Below, one piece after another: positions 59,497 to 64,000 of a stretch of 64,000 nucleotides of DNA. Source of the DNA: Thecamonas trahens ATCC 50062. Its lineage: Eukaryota > Protista > Apusomonadida. Every line of letters starts with the position of its first letter. Position 1 is the first letter of the stretch. Position numbers and translations under genes: made by a program. Location: positions 52,803 to 116,802 of the forward strand of contig NW_013657614.1 in NCBI RefSeq assembly GCF_000142905.1. Reading direction: 5' to 3'. The notes beneath the pieces are model-generated. The model had not been told where the DNA came from, made no database searches, and saw nothing but the letters and a program-made list of their open reading frames with translations.

Positions 59497-62400
59497 GTGC
59501 GCGTGTCATCTCCGGCGCCGGAGACTACTCTGCTGGATCACTTGCGGGACATTGAGGGCCTGACCGGGACCAAAGCGTCGTGTCGCGAGGGCGGGTGCGG
59601 AGCGTGCGCGGTGCAAGTTGTCCGTGCTGGCGGCGGGCCTGGGACCGGCTCGATCAACGCCTGCCTCTGCCCGCTGGCCTCGCTCGAGGGCGCCAGCGTG
59701 ACGACGGTCGAGGGCGTGGGTTCGTCCAAGACTGGACTCCATCCGATCCAAGAGCGGTTGGCGGCCGCCAACGGCTCGCAGTGCGGCTTCTGCACGCCCG
59801 GCATGGTCATGGCTGCGTACTCGCTCGTCCAGTCGCTCGACGGGCCGCCGACGCACGCCGATATCGAGCACGCACTCGACGGCAACCTCTGCCGGTGCAC
59901 CGGCTACCGCGCCATTCTCTCGGCCTTTGGCACGCTTGCCGACGGCAACGAGCCGGTTGACCGCGTCGATCAGCTCGCGCCGAGTGATGGCGACACTGCC
60001 GGCCCGCAGCACTTTGTGGCGCCTGCCGGGAGCTCGTGGTACGCACCGACACTGCTGAGCGAGCTGACGGCGGTCGTCGCCGGCCTGCCCTCGCTCGACG
60101 GCGTGCGGTTTGTGGGCGGCAACACGTCGCGCGGCGTGTACCACGACATCGACGATGCCTCGGTGGTCTACATCTATCTTCGCCGCATCGCCGACCTGAG
60201 CGCGGTGGGCGGGAGCGACGCCGGCCTCGAGCTCGGAGGCGGCACGACGATTGCCCAGCTCATCTCGGCGCTCGACGCGGCGTCGACGCGGTCGCCAACC
60301 TCGTTCCCCGCCGCGGTCGAGCATCTCCGCAACATCGCGTCGACCCACGTCCGCAACGCCGCAGGCTGGGCCGGAAACCTGGTTATGGTCCGCGACCGCG
60401 GCTTTGCCTCGGACGCTGCTACCGTGCTTGCCGGCCTCGGCGCCGAGCTCGAGCTGTACAACGCTGCGACCGGGGCGACGTCGAAGAGCTCGGTCCTGGA
60501 CTTTGTTTCGGCTCCGCCGCCAGCCGGCGAGCTTGTCCTTGTCACCAAGCTCATCATCCCGTTTGCGTCCAAGTCCGAGTCGTTCCACTCGTACCGGACC
60601 GCCATCCGGCCGGTCAACTCGCACGCCCTCGCCAACGCCGCCTTTTACGCCAAGACTAGCGCCGACGGCACTGTGGAGGCGGCGCGGTTGGTCTTTGGCG
60701 CCGTCGGCCCAGCACCGGCTGCACCGGCTGCCGCGGTCGATGCGCTTGTCGGCCACCGATTTGACCAAGGCACACTCGCCGCGGTGATGGCGGCGGTTGA
60801 GGCCACGATCGAGGTCGAGCCTGAGCATGCGTACGTGACCGTCGACCAGCCCGACGGCAAGGTCGCGTACCGCAAGGCGCTCCTCGGATCGTTTGTGTAC
60901 AAGTGGTTTGTCGCCAAGGCAACCGGCGTCGAGCAGCCGCCGCTCCACCGGATCCGCCCGGCGCCGTCGGGCACGCCCGACTACGAGACAGACGGTGCCC
61001 ACTTGGCGTGTACAAAGCTCTCGGCGCCGCTGCAGGCAACCGGCGAGGCCGTGTATACCGGCGATCTGCCAGCAGGCAAGCGCGACCTCTACGGCGCCTT
61101 TGTCATTTCAACCCGCGGCGCGGTCATGCTCGAGGCCGTCGACGTGGAAGCCGGGCTCAAACTGCCCGGCGTCGTCGATGTCATTGTTGCCGCAGACATT
61201 CCGGGTGTCAACGACATCGGAACGGTGCCTGGCGAGGACTTGGTGCTCTACGGCGAGCAAGTTCCGTTTGTGGGCGCGCCGGTAGCGTTTGTGGTGGCTG
61301 AGACGCAGGCTGCCGCCGACGCCGCCGCGCGCAGGATCCCGGTCTCGTACGGTAGCGCGTATGAGCCGACATGCCTCACGGTCGAGGCCGCCATGGAGGC
61401 TGGTCGGTTCTTGCCGGGGACTGACGGTGAGATCTCGCGCGGCGATGCGGCGAGCGCGCTCGAGTCTGCGCCACGCAAGCTCTCCGGCCGGCTTTACGCC
61501 GGCTCGCAGATACACTTTTACATGGAGAAGCAGACAGCAGCGGCACTGGTCGATGAGGGCGACCGGATCAAGCTCGTTGCGTCGACGCAGGGCATCGACT
61601 ACTTGCGGACGCGGGTGGCCGGCGTCCTTGGTGTCTCGCCGGAACAGATCGAAGCGACGTGCCGGCGGTGCGGTGGCGCGTTTGGCGGCAAGGCCACGCG
61701 GCCGATTGGGGTCACGTCAGCGGTGGCGGTGGCCGCGACCAAGCTCGGGCGCAACGTCCGGTGCACGCTGCCCATTACGACGGACCAGGCCATGGTCGGC
61801 GGACGGTCGCGGTACGTGGCTGACTACACGGTCGGGTTTGATGACGATGGCACCATTGTCGGGCTCACTATCGACGGCGTCGGAGACTCGGGCTGCGCCT
61901 ACGACTTTATCACCTTTATGACGCACGAGTACGTCGAAGCCCTCGATGACGTGTATTTTATTCCGCACGCCAAGTTTACGGTCAAGGCCGTGAACACGCA
62001 CACGGCTGCGACAACGCCTGTCCGTGGGCCGGCGCATCCGCAGGCAACCTTTGCCATCGAGTCTGTGCTTGACATTGTGGCGGCGGAGACCGGACTCTCG
62101 CCGGACGTCGTTCGCATGCGCAACATGTACACCGCGCAGAACGCCATTGCCATGAACGGCATGTTCATGCGCGGCATGAACGTGGACGAGATGGTGGCCA
62201 AGGTCAAGGCTGACGCTGGGTACGACGCGCTCGTGGCCGAGGTGGAGGCGTACAACGCACAGTCCAAGTGGCGCAAGCGCGGCATCTCGGTCCAGGGCAC
62301 GAAGTACGGGGTGGCGCAGATGGCGGCATCGGGCGCGTCGGCGCTGGTCAACGTCTCGGGCACTGCGACGGTGACGGTCTACCACGCCGGCGCCGAGATC

Positions 62401-63267
62401 GGGCAGGGTATCAACACCAAGGTGGCGCAGGTGGTGGCCAAGACGCTCGGCTGCCCGCTGGCAGTGATCAAGGTCTGTGACTCGTCGACCGACGCGCTGC
62501 CCAACATGATTGTCACCGGCGGCTCGGTGGCGTCGGAGGCGTGTTGCGAGGCGGCCCGACAGGCGTGCCTCGACATCATCGAGCGGACTGCCCATATCAA
62601 GGCCGAGTTGTGGCGCAAGGCCGAGGACGGGGCCGAACCAGGCTTTGCCGACATCATTCCCGTGGCCAAGGCCCAGCACGTCTTGCTCTCGGCGTCGGCC
62701 AACTTTGTGCCACGCGGGCGACGCGACCGCGGCCCGCGGGGGCGTCCGTGGAATACCGACGGGGTGCAGTACTTTGCCTTTGGCGCCGCGCTCTCGCTCG
62801 TTGAGGTCGACATCCTCACCGGCGAGGTCACCATTCTCCGCTCCGATGTGGCCTACGACTGCGGTAACTCCCTCAACCCGCTCATCGACATCGGCCAGGC
62901 TGAAGGCGCGTTTGTCATGGGCCTCGGCTCGTACTTTACCGAGGACCGGCTGGTGACGCCGTCGGGCGGCAACGCAGCCGACGGCACCTGGGAGTACAAA
63001 GTCCCATCGGTCATGGACGCGCCGGCCCAGTTCAACGTTTCGATCCTCAAGGGCTCTGACTTTGCCTACAACGACGCCGGTGGTGTCAAGGCCGTCGGCG
63101 AGCCGCCCATCTCGCTCGCCATGACGGCCCTCTCGGCCGCCCGCTACGCCGTCGAAGCCTCGCGCGTCGAGCGCGGTCTCCCGCGCGGCTTTGACCTCGC
63201 CATGCCGTTCACCGTCGACCGCGTCCGCACCGCTGCCGCCGTCACTAACAATGATCTCCAGCTGTGA
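59497..63267 (+). CDS. Second aldehyde oxidase/xanthine dehydrogenase-family protein (short 5' exon missing, probably in the gap)
   Basis: LTGTKASCREGGCGAC, GSQCGFCTPG, LDGNLCRCTGYR, QATGEAVY, QIHFYMEKQ, GGAFGGK, EIGQGINTK, DIGQAEGAFVMGLG, KAVGEPP; the ORF begins right after a TTGTAG acceptor. Confidence 0.93.
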   Translation: MRVSSPAPETTLLDHLRDIEGLTGTKASCREGGCGACAVQVVRAGGGPGTGSINACLCPLASLEGASVTTVEGVGSSKTGLHPIQERLAAANGSQCGFCTPGMVMAAYSLVQSLDGPPTHADIEHALDGNLCRCTGYRAILSAFGTLADGNEPVDRVDQLAPSDGDTAGPQHFVAPAGSSWYAPTLLSELTAVVAGLPSLDGVRFVGGNTSRGVYHDIDDASVVYIYLRRIADLSAVGGSDAGLELGGGTTIAQLISALDAASTRSPTSFPAAVEHLRNIASTHVRNAAGWAGNLVMVRDRGFASDAATVLAGLGAELELYNAATGATSKSSVLDFVSAPPPAGELVLVTKLIIPFASKSESFHSYRTAIRPVNSHALANAAFYAKTSADGTVEAARLVFGAVGPAPAAPAAAVDALVGHRFDQGTLAAVMAAVEATIEVEPEHAYVTVDQPDGKVAYRKALLGSFVYKWFVAKATGVEQPPLHRIRPAPSGTPDYETDGAHLACTKLSAPLQATGEAVYTGDLPAGKRDLYGAFVISTRGAVMLEAVDVEAGLKLPGVVDVIVAADIPGVNDIGTVPGEDLVLYGEQVPFVGAPVAFVVAETQAAADAAARRIPVSYGSAYEPTCLTVEAAMEAGRFLPGTDGEISRGDAASALESAPRKLSGRLYAGSQIHFYMEKQTAAALVDEGDRIKLVASTQGIDYLRTRVAGVLGVSPEQIEATCRRCGGAFGGKATRPIGVTSAVAVAATKLGRNVRCTLPITTDQAMVGGRSRYVADYTVGFDDDGTIVGLTIDGVGDSGCAYDFITFMTHEYVEALDDVYFIPHAKFTVKAVNTHTAATTPVRGPAHPQATFAIESVLDIVAAETGLSPDVVRMRNMYTAQNAIAMNGMFMRGMNVDEMVAKVKADAGYDALVAEVEAYNAQSKWRKRGISVQGTKYGVAQMAASGASALVNVSGTATVTVYHAGAEIGQGINTKVAQVVAKTLGCPLAVIKVCDSSTDALPNMIVTGGSVASEACCEAARQACLDIIERTAHIKAELWRKAEDGAEPGFADIIPVAKAQHVLLSASANFVPRGRRDRGPRGRPWNTDGVQYFAFGAALSLVEVDILTGEVTILRSDVAYDCGNSLNPLIDIGQAEGAFVMGLGSYFTEDRLVTPSGGNAADGTWEYKVPSVMDAPAQFNVSILKGSDFAYNDAGGVKAVGEPPISLAMTALSAARYAVEASRVERGLPRGFDLAMPFTVDRVRTAAAVTNNDLQL

Positions 63268-63405
63268 TCAGATCTTGTTTTGCATAACAACATTCGCATG
63301 TCCAGCAGGAGAGGGAGGGGGGGGAGAGGGTTGGACGGCGGGCGGCAGGCGGCGGTGGTCGGCGGCACTCAACGCGGACAACACAGAGACGGCGACTCGA
63401 GGCGG

Positions 63406-64000
63406 ATGATTGCAGCGAGGCTGGGCGGAGCATTGCAGGGAGCAGCATGGTGCTGCGCGAGCGGACGGAGCATGGCCACGGTGGCCATGAAGTACAGCAG
63501 GACGAACCCACCGGGTGGTGGCGGAGCGGGTGAAGCGGCGGCGGAGGGATCAGCAGCAGCGGCGGCGGCGACGGAGGGGTCGGTGGCGGCGCCGCTTGTG
63601 ATCATGCATGGACTGCTGGGATCGTCGCAAAACTGGCGGGCGCTGACCAAGGCACTGGCCAAGAGTGCGCAGCGGACGGTGTATGCGGTGGATGCGCGAA
63701 ACCATGGCGGGTCGGAGTGGGTTGGGGAGATGGACTACGTCCGTATGGCTGGCGACGTGGAGGCCTTTGTGGCTGAGGTGGTGGCGGCCGAAGCCGGTCA
63801 GGACGTGGCGCCCGTCCTCATCGGACACTCGATGGGCGGCAAGGTGATGATGGAAGCTGCGCTAGGGATGGGCAAGGAAAAGGTTGCCGGGCTGGTGAGC
63901 GTGGACATGGCGCCAGTGGCCTTTGATCTGGAGGCCAGGTCCGAGGTCGGCTCGCTGGTCCGTGGCCTGGCGGCCATCGAGCTGAGCGAGTTTGCCACGC
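63406..64000 (+). CDS. ABHD11: ABHD11/YbfF-type alpha/beta hydrolase with probable mitochondrial presequence; runs off the window end
   Basis: Hand translation: PLVIMHGLLGSSQNWRAL, VYAVDARNHG, MAGDV, LIGHSMGGKV, LVSVDMAP. Absent from the ORF track because it is incomplete. Confidence 0.88.
   Translation, partial: MIAARLGGALQGAAWCCASGRSMATVAMKYSRTNPPGGGGAGEAAAEGSAAAAAATEGSVAAPLVIMHGLLGSSQNWRALTKALAKSAQRTVYAVDARNHGGSEWVGEMDYVRMAGDVEAFVAEVVAAEAGQDVAPVLIGHSMGGKVMMEAALGMGKEKVAGLVSVDMAPVAFDLEARSEVGSLVRGLAAIELSEFAT

Overview
GC-rich, gene-dense, intron-poor eukaryotic scaffold with eight assembly gaps. Gene content and style fit a unicellular protist; an apusomonad such as Thecamonas is my inference and cannot be proven from this window. 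About 22 protein-coding genes are supportable. Core eukaryotic genes: BRR2/SNRNP200, dynactin p62, POLD1, GOLGA7/Erf4, ABHD11, a BRO1-domain protein, a tandem-PX protein, an RBR E3 ligase, a TMEM151-like protein and a mitochondrial gamma-carbonic-anhydrase-like protein. There are also two giant FG-GAP / beta-helix / Cys-rich / multi-TM surface receptors, two aldehyde-oxidase-type molybdoflavoproteins (one with a Zn-ribbon + WW N-terminus) and a decayed piggyBac transposase. The best candidate for an undescribed system is a compact block at 39.7-47.0 kb: a circularly permuted ATP-grasp ligase, a tandem double ATP-grasp fusion (cyanophycin-synthetase/GshF-type + bacterial GshB-type) and a divergently transcribed membrane-anchored M49 dipeptidyl peptidase III with altered substrate-binding residues. 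That is three peptide-bond-forming sites next to a dipeptide-releasing hydrolase. A peptidoglycan-binding L,D-transpeptidase-family gene follows at 47.8-48.6 kb, and a degenerate-SPX + AstE/AspA deacylase fusion lies at 20.7 kb. No rRNA, tRNA or CRISPR array was seen. All family calls come from motif recognition by eye; no searches were run.
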